The translations under genes were made by a program, and so were the position numbers. From Nageia nagi (taxonomy: Eukaryota; Plantae; Pinophyta), in NCBI GenBank assembly GCA_050084985.1, contig JBITNC010000001.1:140182001-140246000 (forward strand): a DNA stretch of 64,000 nt. The letters run 5' to 3'. Shown in pieces: positions 39,156 to 51,688 of the stretch. Position 1 is the stretch's first letter. Each line of letters opens with the position of its first letter. Under the pieces are notes generated by a model. It was not told where the DNA came from and did not search any database. It saw nothing but the letters and a program-made list of their open reading frames with translations.

Positions 39156-40043
39156 CTATGTAGCATTATTGGAAACTTGTCTCGGCACATGAGAAACAGA
39201 GAGCAAAGTATTGAAATCTTGGATGCTAGGCTTACAACCAAATTTGCTCATTCTCTTGAAGGCCTCTATGGCATTTTGTGGAAGTTGGGCCTTTGCATAC
39301 CTCTTTATAATGATAATGAAAGTTTTGTGGGTAACTGGTAGGTTGTGATTCTGATTTGTAAGTAAATCCCATATGCTATCAAACTGTCTACTTTTTCCTA
39401 AGATGTCCATCATTATGTTAACAGATTCACTACTATGTTTGTAATCAGGCCGTCTACCAGCCCATGTGAAAAACCTATATGCAGCTACCCAAATATTGCA
39501 ACATCTCTTTAACACCTGCGCTACAAAATCAGGGCATATGATCTTTATAGAGCATCCGTCCAGGGCTGCTTCCACATCATCATGGGGATTCCGATGATCA
39601 CTCAAAATTCTGCAAATGGCATTCAATTCATTTGCAAATCTATAATAATTTTCCTTGTCAATCTCATTGTCTAGGGTTTGTGTAATAAGGGTTTTTGACC
39701 AAATTAGAGTTTGGGGGAAAATTAAGGTGCTTGAGCAAATTGGGATTTCAGGGGAAATCGGGGCATTTGAGAAAATTACTGTTCTGGGGCAGATTAGCAA
39801 ACAGCTAGGGGCAAGATGGTGCTTCAGGCTATAATTCTGTGATACTACTGATGACATTGGGATTCCATTGCCTAGGAGAGAACTTGGCCTTGAGTATCTT
39901 TTTAAGAATGGCTTATTATGGAAAAAAACGGTTGCATTGTGTGAATGTACCTGGACTTGATAACTCCAAAAGAGATTAACTGCAGGGAGGAGGAAGGATT
40001 TCGTTTTCCTTCTTTGATAGCTGGAAGCCATTATCATGATCAT
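39156..40043 (-). CDS. P-class pentatricopeptide repeat protein, probably mitochondrial, At1g52640-like; intact N-terminal half
   Basis: ELNAICRILSDHRNPHDDVEAAL..VAQVLKRCCN...AYRFFTWA..YKHSSESVNIMMDILGKSRQFDSIWDLL..TFIIIIKRYAKAQLPQNAIEAFKRMSKFGCKPSIQDFNTLL matches the At1g52640 N-terminal PPR block as I recall it. S/R/K-rich leader. Likely start ATG at 40043 or 40031 rather than the GTG at 40223. Confidence 0.88.
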   Translation of the reverse strand: MIMIMASSYQRRKTKSFLLPAVNLFWSYQVQVHSHNATVFFHNKPFLKRYSRPSSLLGNGIPMSSVVSQNYSLKHHLAPSCLLICPRTVIFSNAPISPEIPICSSTLIFPQTLIWSKTLITQTLDNEIDKENYYRFANELNAICRILSDHRNPHDDVEAALDGCSIKIICPDFVAQVLKRCCNIWVAAYRFFTWAGRRPDYKHSSESVNIMMDILGKSRQFDSIWDLLTNQNHNLPVTHKTFIIIIKRYAKAQLPQNAIEAFKRMSKFGCKPSIQDFNTLLSVSHVPRQVSNNAT

Positions 40044-40649
40044 CTGTTGCAGGTTAAGACCCTGAGCATCACAGTACGGGGGACATGAAACTTCCGCTCT
40101 AGAAGCTAAAAACTTATATTGCTCAGCACAAAATATGAAGAGAGGAAGCAAGAAATGGTGTACAGTAATCAATTTTAAGATGTATGAAGGTAGTAAATGA
40201 TAAGATGATACTTTATAAAGCACATTTCAAAAGTTAAGAAATTAGTTTTTTATATTGAAATAAGAGGTTGTGTGTAGGTGGGAAGTGTTGGGAATGTTTC
40301 CAGGGAGATTAAGTTTGAATTTTATTTTAATATGTAAAAGGATATTAAAAATTATGTTGTATAAAATTGTAAGTGTTGTTGAGGTTAAGTGTAAATGTTG
40401 AGTGATCTTTGATAAAATAGATAATCTTCAATCATAGCTTTTTAGGCCAAGATAACCTCACAAAGGCTCGAAAAAAAAAAATCAAATAAGAAATTTATCA
40501 ATAGTTTTGTGTAATTTCATATTCTTAAAATTTTAAGTAAATAAGGACTTATAATCTTGATTTGGAGAAGTTGTGGGATCACCCATCAAAGGGATTGGTT
40601 AGCCTCAACATCTCATTCAAGAATTTGAACTTGAATATAAAGGAAATAA

Positions 40650-41434
40650 TACAAATAAGTATAAAAGAGGTTTAAGTGTAAAAAGGTGTTTAAGATTAAG
40701 CATAAAAGCAATGGAAGCATTGAAAAATACAAGGTTAGGCTAGTAACAAGAGGTTTAACACAAAGAAAGACATTGAACATAAAAAGAGTTTTGCACTTAT
40801 GACTATAATGAAGACCATCCATATGGTTCTAGTTATAATAGCCCATGGATGGTGGAAGATTCACCAAACGGATGTGAAAATAGCATTAATGAATGGGTAC
40901 ATTAAATAAGAAGTCTATGTGGCATAGTCTAAATGTTTTAAAGTGAAAAGGGAAAAGAGATATGTTTACCAATTGAAAAGAGCCTTATGTGGTCTTAAGT
41001 GAGTATCTACATCATGTTATGAGATGATAAATAGTTTATTCTTGATGCAAGGGTTTGTAAGGAGTAAGAATGAACCTATACTTAACATCAAAAGAGAAAG
41101 GTCATGACATCTTGCTTTTAAAATTGTATGTAGAGGACTTAATTTACATTAAAACCTCTCTCCAACAATGAAGAATCAATTCAAAAAGTCTATGATGAAA
41201 AAGCTCTTGATGAAGGACCTTGGATTGATGATTTATTTCTTAGGTATGGAAGTGCACCAAGATGAGAGTGGGACTTTTATTGGGCAACAAAAATTTACCA
41301 AAGATATGTTCAAGAAATTCTACATGGAAACTTGTAAGGTTGCACCTATAATAGATGTTCAAAGAGTTATTTTTTCCAAGGATGATAAGGCTAAAAAAGT
41401 AAATAAAAACTCTTTTTTATAGCATAATTGGAAG
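40650..41434 (+). mobile_element. Isolated Ty1/copia RT fragment
   Basis: GSIEKYKVRLVTRGLTQ; HQTDVKIALMNG; LYVEDL; MKDLGLMIYFLGMEVHQ; truncated at SIIG by an LTR starting TG at 41435. Confidence 0.88.
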
Positions 41435-44400
41435 TGTGGTTTATTAAAAATGAATTAAATTAATAAGTCACCTTAATAATTGTCAATGAATGATAATATT
41501 GCACCAACTAATGGAATGTTCTTTAATGTGTTGTTGACTAGGTCAGACCCTACCTCCTTAATGAATATCATATTTGGTATCCTCCATATAGCTACAAATT
41601 ATCTTATGGGTTTGGAGTCTTTGATATACAGATTAAGGTACACCATGGATGCCATCCTTAACTAACATTGTTGATGTCGTGCTCAAATTGTGCACTCCAC
41701 TCACATTGTTATTCCTAAAAAATGATAAAGGTAGTGATAATAAAGTGTTAGAGTATAACATATTCTTGAATAGGTGGTACCAAAAGACACTCTTCATATA
41801 TGTAAAATGGATGATATGCTCTCAAGTCAACCTATCCAGATTATGTGTTGAACTTGTTGAAATCTGATAGGGAATGTCTTGCTTTGATTTTCTTTGATAG
41901 TTGAATCTTTCTTTCTTGAAATTTACATCTTTTAATAATATTATTTCTAAATACCATAAAACATGATTTCATGATAAATAGAAAATCATTTTTAGGTGTC
42001 TACAATTACCCTCTCTTTGGATATATAATGGAGAGCCTCACAATTAATACATAATCCAAAAAAAAAAAATTAAACCATGTGGTCTTGAAATGATACATGG
42101 CATAATGTTGTAGAATGGATATTGCTTTTGTTGTTGCTTCTTCCATGCCCCCTTTTTGACTTGGTTGCTCCAAAATCTGAAATGAAGTTGGGTAATCAAG
42201 GCAAAATAAATTTGATGAATATATTGAACTATGCTTGATGTCTTGTACCAAGATGTGGAAGTATTGTTGCCCCAAATATAGTGAAAGAAACCATACTAAA
42301 CTTTCATAATCATGGGATTACCATAATGATACCTTGCATGATGATCAATCTAATCTTTTAGAACTTGAATTTTGATGTAATGATTTTCTCTTTCTTGAAA
42401 AACTACTAAAATATCAAATGCTCAATCTTCAATTTTTACAACACCAATGTTGTTGAGGCAATGAACTCACATCGTCAACATCGTTAAGTTTTTAAAATTC
42501 CTTTTTTTTTTAATTCTTTTTTTCTTCTTTTTTTATCAAGTAACCTCTACCAAAAAAATAGTTTTCAAAGTTTACTTGTATGTTTATGCCAACAATCTAG
42601 TTGTCACAAATAAATTTTCTTTTACAAGGATGAAGAGTCAAAAATTGGTTTTTGTCTTCATCCTTTGCCTCATTGGTGCCTATGAAGGTTTTCACCATAA
42701 GAATTCTCTTTTGTTAGATAAGGTCAACATCGTGGAGGTCCTAATGATACTCCATAATTTTTTTTTTAAAATTAAAGTGAATTTGAAATAACAAACCATA
42801 AAAAAACTAAATTGAATGGATATACCTCTTTGGAATACATCATGCTAGAACATGGTTCTAGCTTCATTGTCTCATGCATAGAACTTTTTGAGATGTTGGA
42901 CATTGAAGGTCTTCTTATCCTCCTTGCTATCCATGGTTAATAATGTGTATGCCCTTATCCCTATCTTTTATATAACAACATAAAGTCCTAGTCGATTAGG
43001 CTTGAATTTGCCTTTTACTTTATCATTTATAGCTGTCTTGTTTATGCTCTCCTTCAACACCAAGTCTCTAACCTGAAACTCCTTGGGCTTGATTTTCTCC
43101 TTAGAGGATCTCTTTAGTCTTGCATGGTAAACTTTTTGATACTCAATAGAATGGGTCCTCTTCTCATCTAATGCTTCAAATTATCATAATATTTCTCTTT
43201 TTGTTCCTTCATTTGAAATGTTCTCTTGGAGTGAAATCCTTAGTGATTGGATTTCTAACTCAAGAGGTAATACTGTCTCATCACCATGTACTAAAGAGTG
43301 CATAACAATACTTGTGATTATTTGTACAAATTTCATATAGGCTCAAAAAGTATATGGAAATTGTCCATTCCAATATTTTCCATATCTATCCCAAGTCTTG
43401 ACAAGAATATTACCAATAGTCTTATAGGTAGCTTCAACTTGTCCATTTCCTTAAGGATAATAAATTGAAGAAAAAATTTACTTTTTATAAAATTTCTTAT
43501 AAAATGCTTTAATTTCCTTACCTATGAAATTTAAGCCATTATCCATGATTAATTACTTAGGAACTCCATACCTTTTGATGATGTTTTATATGAGGAACTT
43601 AATTTTCTTTTACTGGATTGTACTTTTCATTGGAATGACCTACACCTACTTGGTTGTGATGATGAGCTTATTCCCTTCCCTTGAGTGTGGATTGATCATT
43701 CCAATGAGATATACATATCAAGTGGAGAATGGCCATGATACCATCATTGTATTGAGCTCTTGAAAAGGAGTTCTTTGAAGGTTGTACTATATTTGGCATT
43801 GTACACACTTCTTTACATGTTCCTTACAATCCTCCTCTATGGTAGGCCAATAGTACCCAATTCATGGTAATTTTTTTGTAGATTGCATTTGCATAGAATT
43901 TTCCTTCATAAATTCCCTTATGTTATTGTTCCAAGGCTGATTCCACTTCATGATGAGTAAGGCATCTCAATAATGTACTCTCAAATGACCTTCTATACAA
44001 TATATTACCAATTATAACATACTTTATTATTGACTTTGACAATCTAATTTTTGCATTCCTATCAAAAATTTGAGGGAATGTTCCATTCTTCAATAAATTT
44101 TAAATATTATGATACTAAAATGGACCTATATATTCTTGAGCAATATGACAATAACAACTCTTACAAAATTGATCTATTGTATCATAATCACTATGGGACA
44201 ACTTACCAATTTTCTTGATTGTTAAAATTATCTCTTCATCTTCTATCTCAATAGGTGCCAATGAGGCTACACTAGCTATAACATTTGCATACATGTTACA
44301 ATTTCTTGGAACATTTTCTATTTGAATATTGTCAAAATTGGAACTAAGTATGCCCACTAGATTTTTATATATATTTTTGTCTTTTGTGTCATTCACTTGT

Positions 44401-45543
44401 TTTATAATCAATTATGAATCTTCATATACCTTAATAGTTTTTATTTTTTATTTAACAAAGTGGTTGCATTTAATCCAATAACAAGTACCTCATACTTTGT
44501 TATGTTAATTGTACAATCAAATCCAAGTCCATAAGCCATAGGAATAACCTAATTTGAAGGAGGAAAAAAACACTATACCTGCCCCCGCTCCATCATTATA
44601 CATAGAACCATCAAATATATAGGAACCATTCATCCTCTTCCTCTTATTCTATAATACAAACATTTTAATTCCAAAATTCTTCAAACATCATGCTTGTATC
44701 TTCTTGTGCAAAATCAACCATCAAATTTGCAAATGCTTGTCTCTTGATTGATTTTTGTTTGATTGAAATAATATCAATTCTTGTAACAACATTAACCACT
44801 TTGCCACTCTACCAAAAGGATGTTGTTTTATCATGAGGAACTTCAAAGGGTCAACCAAATAAACTATAAATGTATTGTTAGACAACATATAGTGTCTCAA
44901 TTTTTTGAATGCAAACACTATTCTAGAATATAATTATTCTATAGATGTGTATCTTATCTCATAATATAATAATATTTTGCTTAAGTAATTGATTTTCCTC
45001 TCTTTGTCTTCATTAGAATTTTAAAATATATGGCTATTAAGGCATGTAATGTGGTAGAAATGTCAAATACAATGGCCTACTACAATCCATGGGAACTAGA
45101 ATAGTTGGATGTCACAAGTATTCCCTTGTTCTATCACAAGCCTTTTGACATTTTTTGTCCCATACAAACTTGCTATTCTTTTTCAATGAATGGGAAAATT
45201 GTGCATACTTATTAGCTAATTGTGAAATAAATCTTCTTACAAAATTTATCTTACCTTGGAGACTTCATAGTTGCTTAGGATTCTTTGGTGGTGGCATCTC
45301 TGAAATTAATTTGATTATCTTTGGGTCTACCTCTATTCCTCTCCTTAAAACCATGTATCCAAGCAACTTTCGTAAAGTAATTTCAAATGCACATTTTTTA
45401 GGCTTTAATTTTAGATTATACTTCTCCAATATATCAAACACCTCTTCTAATTCAGCTATGTGGTCCTCCTTGGACTTCACCAATATATCATCAACATATA
45501 CTTCTACTGATTTATGAATTAAGTCATAGAACATAATGTTCAT
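41435..45543 (-). mobile_element. Tat/Ogre-type gypsy 3' half: RT(part)-RH-aRH-INT, 3' UTR, PPT, 3' LTR (41435-42004)
   Basis: VEVYVDDILVKS (ORF 45265); KKLRHYMLS..GRVAKWLMLLQE; aRH FDGSM..VPRNCNMYANVIASVAS; integrase to GKFKPN..GLY at ~42990. The LTR starts TGTAGACACC at 42004 after the PPT (42009-42018). Confidence 0.85.
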
Positions 45544-47299
45544 GCATCAATAAGTTAATCTTCACATGGTTTTTTTCTCTTTGTCTCTCTCATGTATCAG
45601 CAAGTTTGTTTTCACATGACTTTTCTCTCTTTGCTACATCATTATGTTGATTTTCATAAGAGTGTTATTTTTTACATTGTCAATGTCATCACCTAGGGTA
45701 GGCAATGACGTCGACATCATTATTTTCTAATAAAATGAAAAGAAATAGTAGTGATGTAGATAAATATTTCATTTTTTATGGTCATATCATTTTGTATAAG
45801 ATATCTTCCTAGTTTTATATTTCCTTTTCTTCAATTTTGTATAAAAGAAGCAATAATATAATTAAAAACTCCTTCTAAGTACTAATGGTTATGCTTAAAG
45901 TCATATCATGTGATGTCAAGAACTCCCAATTCTAAATACCCTTGAGTCTACAGTCTTGAAGAGAAAAGTAGCTAAGGATGGATGGATGAAAAATCCCAAG
46001 AAAATCTTGTGGATGACATCACTTTGAAACATAAAGGCCACTAACTATAATGGTTCCTAAACTTACAAGCCTCAAAAGAACTCAAGTGCAAACAAAATAT
46101 AGAGTCAAGCAATTTGAAGATACTAATGCTACCCTAGTATGTAAAATACCCCAATTTTAGTCACTACTAGAATTAAATGCTTTAGAAGATGATTGAGTGA
46201 TGATGAAAAATAGCACCCAAACATGGCTAGGAATTTGATACTCAGTGATCCTAATACCTGGAGATCATAGCACCCATAGATAGATTGACACTTAATACCT
46301 TGGGACCTTACACAATACCTTTACCCAATCGAAGTCAACCACATCAAGTTTTATGTATGGCTCCTAGATATTTGTTGCAACAAGCCCTCTACTTAGTCAC
46401 ATTATCTAGATAAGTACTATGCTCAATTGACATGAATTCAAATAACAAATCCCTAAAACTGTTAGATATGCAAAAGAACAATTGGTCAAAGCTACAAAGG
46501 TTGTGCAAGTACTCTCAAAAGGCATGATTAATCAAAGGATGATAAAGACATTGAATTCTCTTATAGGATTTTATCAACAAAGTGCATAAAAACACCCAAA
46601 GACCATGTAAAAACCATCACACTAAAGGATCTCATAGTCAATGAGGATAGTAGGTTACATCTGGTTGATCAAGCATTAATTAGAAATAGTAGGGTAGTTT
46701 AGTACTAGCTAAGTAAAGGCGAGAACATATTTTCTATATAATGTAATTGCTCTATAAACAACTAAATAAAGATAGTTAGAAGAATATTTTCCTACGAACT
46801 AAAAGCCTATAATCCTTATACATAATTTTGTTATAGTTAATACGATGTTTGCCTACATGGAAAAGGTTATTAGTTAGTTAATTGTTAGCATGATTTTGTA
46901 TATGGATATTGATCAGAAATATATAATACATGATATGATTGACCCTGAGTGAAAGGCCAGAATTGGATGTTTGATAAATGGGTTGATTAGTCATTTGGTC
47001 TTTCTAATGTGGATTCCTTTCATGAATGATGGGTCATGTGATAGTACCTCACCCTTTCTTGTGTTATAGAATTTAAAATATACATTTTGGTTCTTAGAAA
47101 TGGAATCCACATGAAATTGAAGCTATTAGATTTAGTTAACTAGATTTTCTAACTTATTTTGAGCCATTCCCATTAGCTTAGTGGTTGTAGTGAACCCATT
47201 GTTGAAAATATAGGCATGCAAGCCTTAAGGTCATTTACTTTCTCTTTCCATGAACCCTACACCTTGTATTTATTATTTCTTTTTATTTTTAGTACACTT

Positions 47300-50200
47300 C
47301 CTTTCTTTCCTATAACTTTTGAACTTCACATAAAATGGTTCATCATGCCATAATGGAGGGCTTTCCATGCCTAGTTGGAAATAGGAACCAACATGTTCAA
47401 AATCCTAAAGGTTAGGGAATTATCTCCATCCAATGCTTGGTTAATGGGGTTCTACTTTTCAAATCAACAATAACTACTTGTAATGTTTCCCTAATATTGA
47501 TCTTCATCTATATCTTTATCCATTTGCACTTGATCCACTTCGCAATATTACTCTTCTTATCTAAAGTATGCATTTTGGCTAAATGCATGACCTCCTTGCC
47601 TCTTGATATTAGGAAACTCAAACTTGGATCCCATGACCTATAAAATAGCATCTTTAATATGAAAATAATAAAAAATTTGGCTTTGTATCATGATCTATCA
47701 ACATCTCTTCAAATCTCATTTGTTAATTAGTACACTTCTATGATATTATTTTTTTGAAATAATTTTGGATGTCCTATCACATCTTATTTTTCTTTTAATG
47801 AACCAAATATTAGTGTTTTCTTACATTTTAGATCTTTTTCAATCTCAAGTATAAACTCAATTCCTTGCTCATATTTTCCCAAACCTTCTCCTTGGTAATT
47901 ACATTTTTCAAGATATTTATTAATAAAAGGAATATTTGAAAAGGATGGTTCAGTATTACCCATTTGTTGTTGCCTATTGATACTTACTTTCCACATTTTC
48001 TCCTTCAAAAGTACATTATGGATGGTGTGCCTATAGATCCTGACTCTATTGGTGGTGTGAATTTTGTGTATACTTCAGGAAACCCAAAGTTTTTATAGAA
48101 ACTATCAAGTCCATATCTTAGATTTTATATGTTCTAGATCCCATTTCAATAAAATGAACATGTTATTTTCTCTTCTTCAAAAATTAATTTCTCTCTCAAT
48201 GAGAAACTCTAAATAAATTTATCTCCATGTGAGGCATATCAATAACATCAAAATTAAAATTTGTAAGATTACAAAACTCATAGGGCTATGTATAAACTTC
48301 AATTATTTTCAAATACACCTCACACTCAAATTTAAAATACATATGCAATGTAGAGGGAAAAACCCTCATTTTGTTGATCCAAAATCTACCTAACAACAAT
48401 TTAAATCTCAATTTTCCATTGATAACATGCATTGGATTTTGGAAAACTTTAGAATCAATTTAGATAGGAAAGGCTACTATATTAAGAGATTTCTTAGATA
48501 CATTGTTAAATCCCCTTATACTAAGTGTAGGCTCATATAAGGGTAGGATCTCAACTCCTTTTTCTTCTAAGTTTAAAAAAATTTACAAGAGAAGATATTA
48601 ACACTAGAACTAGGGTTAATCAAATATCCTTTCACCCCATATCCCTCTACACATGGTTTGATATATAATGAAAGATGTTAATCTATTATAGATTGTTTGG
48701 AAAACTCACTATCATCAAACTTTATAATATTTCAATGCTTTCAAGACTCTACAACTTTAGAAAAAGTGATAAAAACTAGATTGGCAAGGACTTGTTTAGC
48801 TAATTTGAAAGCATTATACAAGATTTGTTTATGAGGTTATGAGATCTAAATTAACTCATACAAACTAATATTGGCTTGATTATTTTTTAATTATATTTAA
48901 ATTAATTCACACAAATTAATTGATGATATTGCTTGGATAGTTCTAGGTATGCTCACAGTAGCTACGAGTGGAGACAAACCACCACTTAGCCAAAGAGTTA
49001 CAAGTCTATCGCCTTTGATCTTTAGAGACTAAATTAGAGGATCACTTCATCTTTCAATGCTCGATCTACTATGAGATCAAGGGTCGATACCATTGCCTCT
49101 TTCATAATTCACATGGCTCACTTGCTTCTTTCATCCAGTACCCAAATTAGTGATGCTTATCCATTTACCTTCGAGAGGCCTTCCTCATACAAAGACATCT
49201 CCTATCTCAAGCTCAACATCCCTTAGGTGATTGATGCATTATATCCTTCTTTCATTCCTCCTCCCTAGATGAAGCCTATAGGAGACACTAAGAGGAACAC
49301 CCATAGCCACTCCATCAGAACAAGAGATGCCTTCAAAGCATGTTGGAGCCATTGGAGACTCATCAAATCACTTATTTCCGCCTAGCAACATCTCAGGCAC
49401 TTCGCCTAAGGACCAATGTGAGCCCTCCTTGGACCAAAGTGCACCACTACACTCCCATCTCGGATAGACTTAGGATGACTTCTCTTCGGATGTTTTAGAT
49501 TTTGTACCCCCTCCCTCACACTAGGGTGGGGTTATTTAGCCTATAAATCTTGATTTAGCTCATTTCTTTTTTCTTTCTTTAGATGGGACCCATTAAGGGT
49601 TTAGCTGACTTTTTTAGCAGGATTGTACATGCTAGTCTCATTGCTTACTTTTGGTCACCCAAGGACATTAATATAATTTCTTTCTTTCTTCCTTGTATCT
49701 TAGGTCTCATACTTTCCTTATTTAATGGTGCTTCAATGAGGTCCAAAATAACTCCTTCCAAGTTATTGCACTAGTTTGTAGAGTGACCCCTCCTTTAATG
49801 ATATGCATAGGAGAAAAATTTGTTACCAACCTATACACTATCATCTTGTGACCTTATTTACATGGGATTTTACAAACCCTTTTTTAATAAATATGCAAAA
49901 ATGATTCTTGGTTGATTAGGAAAAGTCATGATTTGAAACTCTCTTTTGTGTAGTGGATCTAATCAATTTTCTACAATATTAACTTATTTATCTTCCTTTT
50001 TAGCATAAATCTTTCTTATTTCCTTTGTAAATATGGTATATCTATACTTTAATGTACCTAACTCAATCAATACTACCTCTTTTGTAATAACCTTATTTGG
50101 CATGTTTCAAAATGCTCCCTCTAAATAGTTTATATCATATTGGTTTAAATAGGAAGAATAATATCTAAAAATATTCTATTAAGTTCATCTTTAAGTAATC

Positions 50201-51679
50201 TAATTATTGTTGATTATCATACATTTTTAAATCTCAAGATGAACTTGTCCAATGGTTCATTAAGAACTTAACAAACTACACATAAATCTATAACCTTCAT
50301 TGAATGCTTGATGTTATGTTTATATTGATCTATGAATAATTTTGTAATCTCTCTAAATGAATGCAAGAATTTATAAGACAACTTATAAAACCATTCACTT
50401 GCATCTTATTTTAGGCTCCTTGGGAAAAACTTCATCACTATATTATCATCATTGCCTATGTTTAGAATGCACTTCTAAAAATAGATAAGATTATGCTTTA
50501 GATATCCCTCTCCATTGAACATCTCAAACATGTGTGTATTAAATTAAGGTGGAAGGGGAAAGTTTAATATCTCCTCAGAAAAAGGAATATTGAATAATCC
50601 ATCATACTCATATTCCTTATGTTGTGCCTTTATCTAGATCTAAGATCAAACAAATCCTTTTTTACCATAACAAATTGTTGATTTAACACTTAGGAAACAC
50701 TTTTTGAGGCTTGTTGTCCATTCTAGTTATTTGCACTTTGATGCCCTAATGTGATCACTAATTGATCAAACAGCTCATATTTAGCTTTGAATTGCTTAAC
50801 AAGAGCCTAAAATTATAGATTCTAAGATATTTTTGTAGTATCAATGCCATTTTAATATAAAATCAACAACATTCATGTTGTTCTTCTCTCCAAATATTTG
50901 CATTAAATTTTGCTCTAAATAAAAAAATTCTCCAAGACATATATGGGTTCACCAAAATATAAACATATAAAAATGAATATAATTAATAATTAATTTATAT
51001 ATCTACAATATAATATTATTATTCTCTGAATTCATATGTATTGGATCAAATCTACAATGAGTGAAGTATAGATATAAGATATGGTATCTTTAACCATACC
51101 ATTAACTACTTTCTAAGCTTGGAGATCTCAATATGCAGAGAGCACATTGCTAACATTATGTGCTTAGGTGAGGAACTTTTCCAACATCATAGATCTAAGA
51201 TCTGACACTTTCTGCATGACATGAATTGCTTTTTAGATCTAGACACTTTAGTATACATGAGTAACTTCATTAATGCCCTTAATGCAAGTAGATCACTCCA
51301 TTTATGGAGTGGATATTGGATAAGTAACTTAAATGGAACTAATGGGAAATACTCCATAGTAATAGGTCATAATAAATATAAGGCTATGGGTGATGTTGAT
51401 AGACATAATTATAATCATGGTACTTTCCTTGTACTTGTTTGTTTCTCCTTGATAATTCCAAGATTAATGAATGTCTTGTATTGATATTATTTATACATTA
51501 CTTATGGTATTTTTTTTAATATTTATACCGTACAATGGTTATATTAATATTTTATCAATTACATTGCTTTACCATTACTTATGGTGCTTTTCTTGATATA
51601 TGCACCCCTTTTAATTATTATTTCTAGATATCATAAATATGATTTTATAATAAATAGAAAATCATTTTGGGTGTCTAAA
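47300..51679 (-). mobile_element. Tat/Ogre-type gypsy 5' half: 5' LTR (50958-51679), PBS, gag, protease, G-patch
   Basis: PBS TGGTGAACCC (50945-50954). gag remnants FNGEG and KFFPRSL (50400-50520). Protease YLINPSSSVN..LLLGRFWINKMRVFPSTLH (48340-48630). G-patch KYLEKCNYQGEGLGKYEQGI (ORF 47784..48008). Left boundary approximate. Confidence 0.78.
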
Positions 51680-51688
51680 ATTTAAAAA

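Noticed and set aside
40044-40223. First ~60 aa of the 355-aa PPR ORF call
   Set aside because: Starts at GTG and looks like 5' UTR; in-frame ATGs at 40043/40031 are more plausible.
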